A stretch of 64,000 nucleotides of DNA, taken from contig NW_019218072.1 of NCBI RefSeq assembly GCF_002571385.2, positions 63,074 to 127,073 on the forward strand, in the 5' to 3' direction. This document shows, in pieces, positions 63,332 to 64,000 of this stretch (within the stretch, counting starts at the first letter, position 1; the number at the start of each line of letters is the position of its first letter). Made by a program: the position numbers and the translations under genes. The stretch comes from Stylophora pistillata. Taxonomy: Eukaryota. The notes beneath the pieces were generated by a model, which did no database searches, was not told the origin of the DNA, and was given only the letters and a program-made list of their open reading frames with translations.

Positions 63332-64000
63332 TTACAGGAACGCTTAATTTCCGCCCACAGCCAGTTGCAAGCATCAAATTTGAGAGTATGAGGCAGGTGT
63401 TACTCACGAGGATCTCTTCCGTAATTTGAGAATAAATTTTCTTAGAATGATCATCAAAACAAGGAAGCAGTTTCTGAAATGGTTTGTCGAACCTACCTAC
63501 AGCACGTAGTTTACACTGAAACACAACATTTATCCCGCCTTAGCTGAAAGGTAAGTCCTGAAAAATCATGTTGCGTCATTTAAGTATACTAAGAATAGTC
63601 TGAAGCTAACTGAGCTGGTTCACCCTCCCTGAAGGTCAATTACAGAACACGTGAATTAATCTTCCACATCTTCTTTCATGGAGATGCCGCAGAAATAATT
63701 TTTTTCACCATGTAAATCTTGTGCTTTTGCTTGTGCTTTTGAACAGTTCACACTGTGATCAAATGTCGTATGACACATTTGGCAAACAAGCTAGATTTGT
63801 GAAAGTCACCAATATCCCATGAAGTGTGTCTTTTCTCGGGATATTTGTGGGTTTTAATTCACCGCATACGCAGTTCTTTAGGATGTAACGCGACGCTTGT
63901 AACACTAAAGGTCTGCGTGACAACCCAGAGAACAGCTGGGAAGGAAATCACCTCTCCGCCTTGCAGCTTGGTAAATATGTTCAACTCCAACTCTTTGGGT

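Noticed and set aside
63335-63850. Coding-looking minus-strand stretch
   Set aside because: All frames contain stops, and I recognised no motif or exon chain.

Overview
AT-rich, intron-containing animal DNA, most likely from a scleractinian coral (inferred from the repeat families; not proven). Five spliced or intact host genes can be rebuilt by hand. GMPPB (minus strand, 9 coding exons visible, last exon off the left edge) lies head-to-head with twinfilin (plus, 10 exons, 347 aa), whose third intron is a U12-type AT-AC minor intron. A 3-exon, 107-aa secreted 10-Cys prokineticin/colipase-fold peptide is not recovered by the ORF track. There is an intronless dynein light chain roadblock CDS and a 6-exon EFCAB12-like EF-hand gene. 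A decayed secreted-protein pseudogene is possible at 32.4-34.3 kb. The rest is mobile and repetitive DNA: CR1/L2-type LINE fragments, a decayed Kolobok transposon (THAP-DDE plus KolX, TTAA TSD), Harbinger-, hAT-, piggyBac- and Crypton-like non-autonomous elements, a tRNA-SINE, an intact-looking type I hammerhead ribozyme, and a 27-bp satellite that flips orientation. The least explained structures are two unrelated tRNA-derived elements that inserted as greater-than-unit-length, circularly permuted copies with TSDs. One has 137-bp pseudo-LTRs; the other is a ~590-bp palindrome. Both are more Penelope- or retrozyme-like than ordinary SINEs.
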